Positions 24,706 through 36,009 of a stretch of DNA of 64,000 nucleotides are shown here, piece after piece. Origin of the DNA: Squalus acanthias (Eukaryota); contig CM059431.1 of assembly GCA_030390025.1 (NCBI GenBank), forward strand, positions 109,928,001 to 109,992,000, in the 5' to 3' direction. Both the position numbers and the translations under genes were made by a program. Within the stretch, counting starts at the first letter, position 1, and each line of letters begins with the position of its first letter. Below the pieces are notes generated by a model that saw only the letters and a list, made by a program, of their open reading frames with translations, was not told the origin of the DNA and did not search any database.

Positions 24706-25092
24706 TACTCATTGTCCATCTCTAATTGCCCTTGAGAAGATGGTGGTGAGCCGCCGCCTTGAACTGCTGCAGTCCGTGTGGTGAAGGTACTCTCGCAGTG
24801 CTGTTAGGTAGGGTATTCCAGGATTTTGGCCTAGCGACAATGAAGAAACGGTGATATATTTCCAAGTTAGGATGGTGTGTGACTTAGAGGAGTACTTGGA
24901 GGTGGGAATATTCCCATGCACCTGCTGCCATTGTCCTTCTAGGTGGTATAGTTCGTGAGGTGCTGTTTAAGAAGCCTTGCTGAGCTGCTGCAGTGCATCT
25001 TGTAGATGGTACACACTGCAGCCACATTGCGCCAGTGGTGGAGGGAGTAAATGCTTATGGTAGTGGATGGGGTGCCAATCAAGAGGGCTGCT

Positions 25093-26362
25093 TTTTGAAA
25101 GGTAGGTCATGCCTGACCAACCTGATTGAATTTTTTGAGGAGGTGACTAAAGTAGTTGGCAGGGGAATGTCTATGGATGTTATTTATATCGACTTTCAGA
25201 AGGCATTTGATAAAGTCCCACATAAGAGACTGTTAACTAAGGTAGAAGCCCATGGAATTGAAGGCAAATTATTGACCTAGTTAGGAAATTGGCTGAGCGG
25301 CAGGAGACAGAGAGTAGGGATAATGGGCAGGTACTCTCATTGGCAGGTTGTGACTAGTGGTGTCCTGCAAGGATCTGTGTTAGGGCCTCAACTCTTCACA
25401 GTATTTATTAACGACTTGGATGATGGGATAGAAAGCCACATATCTAAATGTGCCGATGACTCAAAGATAGGCGGTATTGTAGACAGTGTAGATGAAAGCA
25501 TAAAATTACGAAGGGATATTGATAGATTACGTGAATGGGCAAAACTGTGCCAAATAGATTTCAATGTAGGCAAATGAGAAGTCATCCACTTTGGACATAA
25601 AAAGGATAGAACAGTGTACTTTGTAAATGGTGAAAAGCTAAAAACAGTGGATGTCCAAAGAGACTTGGGGGTCCAGGTACTTAGATCATGAAAATGTCAT
25701 GGACAGGTACAGAAAATAATCAAAAAGGCTAATGGAATGGTGGCCTTTACATCTAGAGGACTAGAGTACAAGGGGGTAGAAGTTATGCTGCAGCTATACA
25801 AAGCCTTGGTTAGACCACACCTGGAGTACTGTGAGCAGTTCTGGACACCACACTGTAGGAAGGATATATTGGCCTTGGAGGGAGTGGTATAGGTTTACTA
25901 GAATGATATCCGGACTCCAAGGGTTAATTTACGAGGAGAGATTACACACATTAGGGTTGTATTCCCTAGAATTTAGACGGTTAAGGGGTGAACTGATTGA
26001 AGTTTTCAAGATATTAAGGGGAACAGATAGGGTAGACAGAGAGAGAAACTATTTCTGCTGGTTGGGGAGTCTAGGACGGGGGCATAGTCTAAAAATTAGA
26101 GCCAGACCTTTCAGGAGTGAAATTAGGAAACACTTCTACACACAAAGGGTGGTAGAAGTTTGCAACTCTCTGCTGCAAACGGCAATTGATGCTAGGTCAA
26201 TTGTTAACAAAAAATCTGTCAATCTCAGATTTAAAATTAACTAAAGGTATTAAGGGATATGGGCCAAAGGTGGGTATCTGGAGTGAGGTCGTAGATCAGC
26301 CATGATCTCATTGAATGGCGGAACAGGCTTGAGGGGCTTAATGGCCTTCTCCTGTTCCTATG
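25093..26362 (+). mobile_element. 5'-truncated CR1 LINE (RT and 3'UTR) nested in the family B LINE
   Basis: KGRSCLTNLIEFFEEV..DFQKAFDKVPH, SGVLQGSVLGPQLF, ADDSKIGG, GLYSLEFRRLRG; stops and frameshifts; CR1 tail ending CCTGTTCCTATG. Confidence 0.92.
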
Positions 26363-26826
26363 TTTTGTCCTGGATGACGTTGAGCTTCTTGTGTTATTGG
26401 AGCTGCATTTATCCAGGCAAGTGGAGAGTATTCCATCAAACTTCTGACTTGTGCCTTTTAGGTGGTGGAAAGGCTTTGGGGAGTCAGGAGGTGAGTCACT
26501 CGCCACAGAATACCCAGCCTCTGACCTGTTCTTGTAGCCACAGTATTTGAGGCTGGTCAATGGTGAACCCCCATGATGATGTTGGTGGGGGATTTGGTGA
26601 TGGTAATGCCATTGATCGTCATGGGGAGGTGGTCAGACTCTCTTGTTGGAGATAGTCATTGCCTGGCACGTGTGGTGCAAATGTTACTTGCCACTTATCA
26701 GCCCTAAGCCTGGAAGTTGCGCAGGTCTTGCTGCATGCGGGCACGGACTACTTGATTGTCTGTGGAATTACGAATGGAACTGAACACTGTGCAGTCATCA
26801 GCGAACATCCCCACTTCTGATCTTAT

Positions 26827-27135
26827 CACAGAATCCTCACAGAATCCCCACAGTGCAGATAGAGGCCATTTCGGCCCATCGAGCCTGCACCGACACATAT
26901 CCCACCCTATCCCCGTACCCCCACGTATTTAATCCCCCTAACACTAAGGGTCAATTTATCATAGCCAAATCAACCTAACCCGCACATCTTTGGACTGTGG
27001 GAGGAAACCGGAGCACCCGGAGGAAACCCACGCAGACACGGGGAGAATGTGCAAACTCCACACAGACAGGAGGCCGGATTCGAACCCGGGTCCCTGGCGC
27101 TGTGAGGCAACAGTGCTAACCACTATGCCACTGTG
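26827..27135 (-). mobile_element. V-SINE (HE1-like) with CR1-derived tail
   Basis: V domain GGAGGAAACCGGAGCACCCGGAGGAAACCCACGCAGACACGGGGAGAA, B box (GGATTCGAACCC on plus), CR1-type tail; flanked by TTAT on both sides. Confidence 0.85.
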
Positions 27136-27253
27136 TTATGATGGAGGGAAGGTCATTGATGAAGCAACTGAAGATGGTTGGGCCGAGGACACTGCCCTGA
27201 GGAACTCCTGCAGCGATGTCGTGGGGCTGAGATGGTTGGCCTGCAACAACCAC

Positions 27254-27470
27254 GATGTGGAGATGCCGGTGTTGGACTGGGGTGGACAAATGTGAGAAGT
27301 TGCACAACACCAGGTTATAGTCCAACAGCTTTATTTGAAATCACAAGCTTTCGGAGCGCTGCTCCTTCGTCAGGTGAAGTCCTGACGAAGGAGCAGCGCT
27401 CCGAAAGCTTGTGATTTCAGATAAAGCTGTTGGACTATAACCTGGTGTTGTGCGACTTCTCACATTTGTC
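27254..27470. mobile_element. Palindromic Penelope-derived insertion with hammerhead motifs on both strands
   Basis: 92-bp inverted arms (27283-27374 / 27381-27472), 6-nt loop, 10-bp TSD CAACAACCAC (27244-27253, 27471-27480). Core CTGACGA-A-GGAGC-AGC-GCTCC-GAAA-GCTT. Confidence 0.75.
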
Positions 27471-28009
27471 CAACAACCACAACCATCTTCCTTTGTGCAA
27501 GGTGTGACTCTAGCCAGTGGAGCGTTTGCCCCCTGATCCCTATTGACTTCAATTTTACTAGGGCTCATTGGTGCCACACTTGGTCAAATGCTGCCTTGAT
27601 GTCAGGGGCAGTCACTCTCGCCTCACCTCTGAAATTCAGTCCTTTTTGTCCATGTTTGGACCAAGGCTGTAATGAGGTCTGGAGCCGAGTTGTCCTGGCG
27701 GAACCCAAACTGAGCATCGGTGAGCAGCTTATTGGTGAGTAAACGGTGCTTGATAGCACTGTTGACAACACCTTCCATCGCTTTGCTGGTGATTGAGAGT
27801 AGGCTAACGGGTTGGTAATTGGCCGGATTGGATTTGTCCTGCTTTTTGTGGACAAGTGCCGAGAGGGGGGGGGTAACGTGGTGAGTGTGATAGAGCAGAT
27901 TGTAGAGAGGTAAAGTACCGAATGCGTTGAGTGTAATAGGGAGTCGGACATTAGTGAGCAGTGAAGTACCCAGTTCGGAGAATATAACCGAACGGTTGAA
28001 GGGAAGTAT

Positions 28010-28350
28010 ACAGTGGTGTCCTCCAGGGATTGGTATTAGGACTGCTGCTCTTTTTGACATATATTAATGACCCGATCTTGGGTACAGGGGATATAATTTG
28101 AAATTTTGCAGATCAGACAAAATGTGGAACTGGAGTGAAGAAGATAATAGCAGACTTCAGGAGGACATAGACAGACTGGTGAGATGGGCAGATACATGCC
28201 AGATGAAATTTAATGCAGAGAAGTGTGATGCAATGTATTTTGGGAGGAAGAATGAGGAGAGGCAATACAAACTAAAAAGAAAGACCTTGGGACTCTAATA
28301 CACAGATCTTTGAAGGTAGCAGGATGATAAAGGTTTTAAAGCATTTGGGA
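28010..28350 (+). mobile_element. Old CR1 RT fragment
   Basis: RLQEDIDRLVRWADTCQMKFNAEKCDAMYFGRKN in the ORF track. Confidence 0.75.
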
Positions 28351-28479
28351 TAATAGATAGCAGTACATAGACATGTAATGGACCCAGTACATCGAGTGTA
28401 ATATAGAGAGGTAAGGTACCAAGTGATCTAGGGAGCAGTATATCAGGAGAGATAAAGTACCCAGTACAGAATAACAATG

Positions 28480-28890
28480 CGTTAGCCTCTGAGTCAGAAG
28501 GTTGTGGGTTCAAGTCCCACTCCAGACACTTGAGCACAAAATCTGGGCTGACACTCATGTGCAGCGCTGCACTGTCAGCTGTCATTTTTCGAATGGGACG
28601 TTAAACTAAGGCCCCATCTGCTCTCTCGGGTGGGCGTAATAAATCCATGGCACTATTTCGAAGAAGAGCTGGGAGTTCTCCCCGGTGTCCTGGCTAATAT
28701 TTATCCCTCAATCAACATCACTAAAACAGATGATCTGGTCATTATCACATTGCTGTTTGTGAGACCGTGCTGTGTGCAAATTGGCTGCCACGTTTCCTCC
28801 ATTACAACGGTGACTACACTTCATTGGCTGTAAAGCGCTTTGGGATGTCCTGAGGTCATGAAAGGTGCAATGTAAAAATGCAAGTTTTTC
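28480..28890 (+). mobile_element. DeuSINE (SacSINE1-like)
   Basis: B box, Deu core and tail as in other copies. Further copies at about 31585-31830 (+) and 63920-64000 (-). Confidence 0.8.
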
Positions 28891-29439
28891 CTTGAGAGCG
28901 CAGTCCAGGGAGGTAAATATTGAGTACATAGTCATTCCGAGGGAGTGGTAAAGTACTGAGTACATAAGAGCGCTGTTGTACAATAGAAATCACTGACTAG
29001 CCACAGGTGTGGCTATAACAACAGTAAATAATTTTGCCCAATCTCAACCTTTTTTGACTGGATTATCCACTGGTGCATCAGTCAGCTCTCCAAAAGAACT
29101 ATTCACAGAAACTCACTGTTTTCTTGTGACAACTCTATTCATTTTCAGATCTCCCCAATCCTTTATTTATATTTCATGAGACACGCCAGACCTGCCCCTG
29201 CTTTTGTTCCAATTGGATGCTGCTTGCCTTCTGCCATGACTTCCCTGTTGGAGTTGTTTGTTATTGGCTGGGCTTGCTTTCTTCTGCTGGGCTGAATCGG
29301 TTATTCTGTTTCGCCAAGCTGACCACGATGATGGCTCCCCTCTCCGTACAATATTGGTGTTTCCATGGTGCTGATGTTTGCTGTTTTTCACCTGTGTTAC
29401 ACATTAGTTTCACAGATAACCAATGAGCAGTAACCAAGA

Positions 29440-29705
29440 AGAACATAAGAAATATGAGCAGGAGTAGGCCACACAGCCCTTCGAGCCTGCTCCGCCATTC
29501 AATAAGATCATGGCTGATCTTCGACCTCAACTCCACTTTCCCGCCTGATCCCCATATTCCTTGATTTCCCTAGAGTCCAAAAATCAATCTATCTCAAACT
29601 TGAATATACTCAATGACTGAGCATCCACAGCCCTTGGGGTAGAGAATTCCAAAGATTCACAACCCTTTGAGTGAAGAAATTCCTCCTCATCTCAGTCTTA
29701 AATTG
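29440..29705 (-). mobile_element. CR1 LINE 3' end
   Basis: AGAACATAAGAA tail and GAGCAGGAGTAGGCC 3'UTR. Similar short antisense CR1 ends at about 33095-33585 and 49015-49345. Confidence 0.85.
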
Positions 29706-31118
29706 CCGAAGTAAACCACACAACCATCAAAAAACACTTGCACTGCTTTTGGTCTTAGCATTTTACCAACAGTAGGACAAAAAAAGGTTAAAGTACGCAT
29801 GTGTAAGGTAAATGCTCTCACCATGAAGCTGCTGGGCTGCAAGGAGCTGTGCCAAAAACAAATTTTTCAGGTCTCGCGTTCTGCTTCGAGGCTCCGAGTG
29901 TGTCTCCCTGCTGTTGGGACCACTCGTCGCCTACACATTTGGTAAGGCAGCAGAGTGCTGAAGGCAGAGTTTAAGATGTGCTCAGTTAGTCTTGTAGTTC
30001 ACTGCCAGCTATTTTATTTCTTTTGGAACAGTCAGTAGAGTGAGTGGATGTGCCCCAGTCTGGTAACACCCATTTAGTGACAACATGCAGTTCGCCACAT
30101 CTGGACTCCCAATTTGCTACATGTGGCTAGTGGCAAATGTATTGGACAACATTATTTGAACTTGTTTAATGTACTTTATTTAATTTGCATCTAAGTGGAG
30201 TTGTACTACGTCTCTGGAAGTACAGTAGCAGCTCCCAAGTGGAGTCATTTGATGTATGTGTGCAGCTTCTCATCCTTCTGTGTAATATGTATTGCACAAA
30301 ATATGTTTGCCCATCTAGAAATTGGTTCCTGTTAATACATGAAAAATACAGATCTGCAAGATATGTTACTTGGGCAATGGGTACTCCTAGCTAAATGAAT
30401 TATACAGAGAACCTCACTTAGCTAATGTGGCAGAAGCAGGGCATGTCGGGATATGTGTTGTGATACAGTTGGCACAATTTGCTTAGGCTAAGTAGTACTT
30501 CAAGGATATCTAGTTAAGAAGGGAAGATGTATCGAACAGATTGTTTATATTAAAAAGTCCCAGCCTAAACAGATGGACAATAAAGAGCTGCTCCTCCATA
30601 TGAGGATACTTGTTAAAGTAATTGTTTCATTTAATCATTTATCTACCTTTTTAAATGAGCAAGGAAAACAACATTTATTTTTCCAAGAACCAATCAAAAA
30701 TTCCATGGCCTCTCTTAACAAACTTCTTTCAAAATTCTTTCTGTGAATATGTGCCCCGCTTACCCACTTCCAACTTCAGCCCCCCTCTTGCAACACTTTT
30801 TGGCTGAAATTTCCCATTGCCTACATGTACTGAAGATCTATATGTTCAAAAATAGTTATGTGAACTCTATTGAAGAAAATCCTATTTTTCACTAGTTTTA
30901 ATTCAATGAGAATGACCGGGCAATAGATTATTGGAGAAGAGATGCTATCAACAATGTGCATTTATATAGTGTTCTTAAAAGTAGAAAAATGTCCCAAAGT
31001 GCTTCACTTGACTTTTTAAAGGAAAAACTATTGTTTACTTTTTCATGTAGATTCTTCTGTTTCCCCAAGGATAAACAACTGGAAGTACAAAGCTGTTGTA
31101 TACCATTAAGAAAGAATA

Positions 31119-31283
31119 ATGGGAGATCTGAAGAATGAGACGAGGTTACATGTAACGCCGGACACACCTGGGCGGCCTCCTGTCTCGAACCCTTTTGAGA
31201 GTCCCAGTGATTATGCAAGATTGCATGAACCAGTGGTTCCCAGTCCTTCTGTCTTCAGATTGGTGAAAACACCTGACTCACAG
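31119..31283 (+). CDS. BORA: BORA (protein aurora borealis, Aurora A activator) coding exon 1
   Basis: [55 protein letters not shown] matches the Bora N-terminus (TPxTPGR, NPFESP). Donor cag|gttaga, phase 0. Confidence 0.95.
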
Positions 31284-31874
31284 GTTAGATTGATACTCTT
31301 CAAAGAGATAATTTTGTACATAACACTAATTAGCAGTGCTGTATTTTAAGTTGGTTGTTTTAGAAGAAAGGGTATATATATCATGAAAACTATCTGAAAG
31401 AGCCATCCCAGATTGGATTAGCCAGTAGCAAATTAAAGTTATTTGTAAATAGTTGGGTAGAAGGGGGAGGAAATGCTTACAAGCAAGGAAGATACCAGCT
31501 GTCAAATTTTCTTTTAAATTTACACTAGTTTGGGATGCTTTAAAGTGTTGTCAGTTTGAAAATTGCCAGAAGGAATGCTTATTCTTCACCTCAGTCCAGA
31601 GCCTTGAGCACATAATCTAGGCTTGCACTTCAGTGCAGTACTGAGGGAGTGCTGTACTGTCTGAGGCGTTGTCTTTCGGTCATTTGTTTCATTGCTGTTT
31701 TTGGGACTTTACTGTGTGCAGATTGGTTTGCTGCATTTCCTACTTTACAACAGTGACTACACTTCATTGGCTGCAAAGTACTTTGGCATGTCCTGAGGTC
31801 ATGAAAGGTGTTCTATAAATGTAAATTATTTCTTCTGGTGTATAGCGTGAAAATGTACTACTTTCCTCATTTAG

Positions 31875-31981
31875 ACACCTGGGAAATTCAGATGGTCCAT
31901 TGGAGAGCTTGCCATCTTGCATCCAATTGAAATTGACCCGGAAGATGTTCACCAGCAATCTGCATACATGAGCTGCACCAG
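31875..31981 (+). CDS. BORA: BORA coding exon 2
   Basis: 107 nt; [35 protein letters not shown](R); tttag acceptor, gttacc donor. Confidence 0.93.
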
Positions 31982-32640
31982 GTTACCAGTTTTATCCTAC
32001 TATCAGTTGCGCATAGTGCATTCATTAGATCAATGTGTGTATGTGTGATTTGATGTTCTTTCTCATCCATTTAAATTACATCTATGGTAGAATTTTGTTT
32101 GCCATTCAGCAGGGGGAACTTATGAGGCACTATCACTCTGCAGACATTTTCTTGCTTTATTTCAATTCAGAATGATTTGATTAACTCTTAGCTTGCTATA
32201 GGATTGTGTAGTGGATTGGACTTGCTTTGGCCGATGCCAGTATTGAGCTTTACGTTTTATTTGCACATTCTGGTGTACTTCTAACAATGTATTATTTCGA
32301 ATAATGTTTTTTGCTAGTGTGAATGTTTTCAATTGTGGCCTACACAAGCAGAAACCACCCAGTCTTAATTGTTTATTATTTGTGTTGGTTGAGCGCCAAA
32401 GCTTCTAATCACAATATTGTCTGATTCTATTTTAAGCAGTAAGCTGCAATAATGAGCAAAACTATGTCTCTTGTAGTTCAAAAAAGGGGTAAAACATTTA
32501 AAAAGTTAAAAACATGCATGGAATTTCTTGTTAAATTACCAGTGGGGGAAAAGGTTATTTTTCTTTGTATTCTCTGAATTAGTTTCAAAGTCAGCAGGCT
32601 TGTGGTGACGGTAATATTTTAAAAAATTGTATTTTTTTAG

Positions 32641-32686
32641 ATTAGATAATGATATTGAAGCAAGAAAACAAAAAGCCATTGAAGAG
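32641..32686 (+). CDS. BORA: BORA coding exon 3
   Basis: 46 nt; (R)LDNDIEARKQKAIEE; tttttttag acceptor, gtaagt donor. Confidence 0.93.
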
Positions 32687-34420
32687 GTAAGTGCTTAAGC
32701 CAAAATGAGGAAAATGTTTTGGTGTGTCATTAGTAACTGTTAAAGTAAAACCCTGCCAGCAAGTACCACTGACAAATTGGTAAAGAAGTGACTGGTTCCT
32801 ACACAGCTCACAAATGTATAAATCTATATGTGTACACGTATGCATATATTTTTGTAAGTCATGACACTTGTTTTAAAATACTCCACAATTCATCCATCCA
32901 TGTACAATTGATCTTGGGCACATAGTTCAATTTTTTAAAAGTTCAGTAATGCACACAAAATATATATACCTGGGAGAAAATTGCAAGGATGTAATTCATT
33001 TTGGCAGATCTAAATAACCAGAGCACAATTTGAATTTTCAAATTTTTTTTAACATTGAATTATTCAGAAACCTCAACTTTTTAATTTGTTTCAAAGAATC
33101 ATAGAATGATACAGCATCGTGCCTATGCCGGCTCTTTGGTAGAGCTATCCAACTCCCCCGCTCTTTCCCCATAGCCCTACAAAGTTTTTCCCTTCACGTT
33201 TTTATCCAATTCCCTTTCGAAAATTATTATTGAATCTGCTTCCACCACTCTTTCAGGCAGCGCATTCCAGATCATAACAACTCGCTGCGTTTATTAAAAA
33301 AAAATGTTTGCTCATGTCACTTATGGTTCTTTTGCCAATCACCTTAAATCTGTGTCCTCTGGCTACCGACCCTTCTGCCACTGGAAACAGTTTCTCCTTA
33401 TTTACTTAAAACCCCTCATGATTTTGAACACCTCAATTAAATCTCCTCTTAACCTTCTCTGCTCTAAGGAGAACAACCCCAGCTTCTCCAGTCTCTCCAC
33501 GTAACTGAAGTCCTCATCCCTGGTACCATTCTGGTAAATCTCTTCTGCATCCTCTCTAAGGCCTTGACATCCTTCCTAAAGTGTTTATTTTATCACTTTA
33601 GATCTATGGCAGGATGTTTCATAAATATATGGTCACTTGTAATGACTGGGCTATCAGAGTCGGCTTTGTTCTGCACAAATGCGAGATAGGTACCTGTTCT
33701 AATTTTTTCATGGTTGATTGTCATTCTTAATCGATTGCTTTGAACTCTAGTAAGCCAGTCATGTCGATGAGGGAGATCCCACCGGATTGTGTCTCGGGAT
33801 AGCAATTGAGAGATGTATGGCTAGTTTCTGCTAATCTTACTTCATACCACGGCACTATAGCCAGTGTAGAGATGGACTCATGAAGACTTCACTGTGGATA
33901 GAGAAACCTCATGCATAAGTTGCATCACAGACACTGGTGCAGGGTTCTGTATTATTAGCAGAGTTAGTGAAGTGTTGTGGCTTTTATTAGTTTTGTACCT
34001 GAGGAGGTGTACATTAAAAGTTCTATAATCGAGTGGTTTGCCATATAAACTTTCTGCTACTGTTTAACAAATAAACCTGATTTTGAAGTTTATAGCCTAA
34101 GTCACATGGTCTCCGTGTTTATATGCTATCTGATAGCTAATCACAATAACAAGGTTTCTGCATGACCGTGGGCAATACTGCTATATCGGATATTGTGTGG
34201 ATAATATCGCACCTCATTTTGTAGGAGTAAGGGCTCGCTACAGGAGTGGCCTTTAGCACAGCTCACAAGGAATATCTGGTGAACCCCTAAAATTATACCA
34301 ATTAATTCAAGCAACGATTATGCCATGTTGTAATATTACTTGAATCTTCACCTCGGTTTTAAGATTTCAGTATGTACTGTGTCCTAATATTTTGTTTTAT
34401 CTGACTTTTTTTATTTTTAG

Positions 34421-34502
34421 TTTTTCTTGAATAGTGTCATTGTCCCTTCTCCTTGGACTCAAGCTGAGGGGAAACCAATTGCACAATCCCATCGAGCCAA
34501 AT
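34421..34502 (+). CDS. BORA: BORA coding exon 4
   Basis: 82 nt; [27 protein letters not shown], carrying the VPSPW motif; gtgagt donor. Confidence 0.95.
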
Positions 34503-35781
34503 GTGAGTTCTTTTGAAAATAGCTGAGTTTTACTGATTACTTCAATTTTATAAAAAGAACAACATTTTTCACAAATAGGCCTCCCCTGCAAAACCAGACT
34601 ATGACAGCTGTTGGTTCATAGATGGGGATGTGAAGAGAGCAGTTGTACATACCTAAGGCCACAGCTTGCACTTCTCAATCAGTTGGTTTTCATGTCGTTT
34701 TATTATTGGCTCAATATATTGGATTCTGCCAAAATCAATAATTATGTAATAAATTAAAAATCTTCTCTGCCTACTAGATACCTAAAATGAGATGTTAAGC
34801 AGAAAGCAGAGGAGTTTGTTTAGTGGGAGCAGTTGTGCTCGGTATGCAAGATTTAAAAATATTCAGAAAACTAAAATGTAAATGATGCATAGCCCAGTTT
34901 GATTCAGTACAGCAAGTTATAGCTGTTTAGCAGTATTTGCCTCAATACAATTTGAAGATGTAATTTCTGAATGAGATAAACTAAAAAATGTCCACTGTTA
35001 TTTCATTGCAACAGCAGAAACTTCATTTTAACTAATTGAAAACTTAGATTTATTTTTATCAATTATTTGGACTTCAACTCCGTTTTCCACCATAACACTT
35101 ACCGATGAATTGGAACAAAGTTTGCTGAATCAGCTGCTATTTCATCTGATAATTCCTGAGGAATTCTCCTGATAGCTGAGTGGATTAATATCATAGAGTG
35201 GAAAGTCCCAGGTTTGCTGAGTGTCCAAAGGCTAGGAAATGGAGGCAAAAATATCCACAGTCTCCATTCCTAATCACTATACAGTGACTCCTTTGTGTCA
35301 GTGTCACCTTTTCTTTTGTGTGTGTGTATGTATATAATATATATATATCTCTATCTATCTAATTCCTTGCTGATACCTGTCTCCTCGGCTTACAAGTGAC
35401 ATACCTTGGCACTGTATCCCATTGTGAGCTTGGTATGTTCCATGAAATTTAGTTCGGGAGGTGGGGGGCGGCGCAGGATTGAGGAGAGGAATATTCCTGC
35501 TGTTCCTGTTTGTCAGGGTTAGATCAGACTTCCCCCTGTCTGTATGCTGAGTACCCCAGTTTACGTGTATGTGTGTTTCTGTTTTCCCGTTGGTTGCTAT
35601 CTTTCCCCATTCCTGTTGGTGTTGTTTCTCACTTGTGTATTCTGATGCAGTCAGCATCTTTAGGTGAGATTTCCCTTTTCAAAAAAAAAAATGAGATGAT
35701 GTTTAGAGCCTTTAACAGAATGTAACCAGATATATAGTGCATCGAAAGCAATGACATTTCTTCATTTGTCCTTCCTTTCAG

Positions 35782-35850
35782 GTTCATCCTGGGATAGGGA
35801 TTATTCAGTTATGTCAAAAGAATCTGTTGTATTGCCTGGGAAGCATAATG
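35782..35850 (+). CDS. BORA: BORA coding exon 5
   Basis: 69 nt, phase 1-1, open frame (C)SSWDRDYSVMSKESVVLPGKHN; acceptor cttcctttcag, donor gttagt. Weak homology but the only fitting candidate seen. Confidence 0.75.
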
Positions 35851-36009
35851 GTTAGTAGTTGTCATGTACTAGCTGCATGGAGTTCTGACATTCTATTGAT
35901 TACAATTTCGTGAATTATTTGTTCTACTTGTGTCCAGAACAAGTGCCCGCCTGAACTAACAATTTATTTGTTCTGTGGATTTAAAATCAATTTAAATCAC
36001 ATGACAGAT

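Larger units (their letters stand above)
24709..27855 (-). mobile_element. CR1-group LINE (family B) ORF2 3' half, interrupted by three younger insertions
   Basis: Minus-strand peptides NYQPVSLLSITSKAMEGVVN..AQFGFRQ, AGVPQGSVLGPTIFSCFINDL, GMFADDCTV. Collinear with the plus-strand copy at 59912-60875. Confidence 0.85.

Noticed and set aside
16290..24712. Giant ORFs (2208, 1733 and 658 aa on minus; poly-VRERGKIPS on plus)
   Set aside because: The minus strand of the 27-bp unit has no stop in any frame, and 2-nt slippage constantly swaps frames, so long ORFs arise without selection. No domain is recognisable. Only ribosome profiling or proteomics could revive this.
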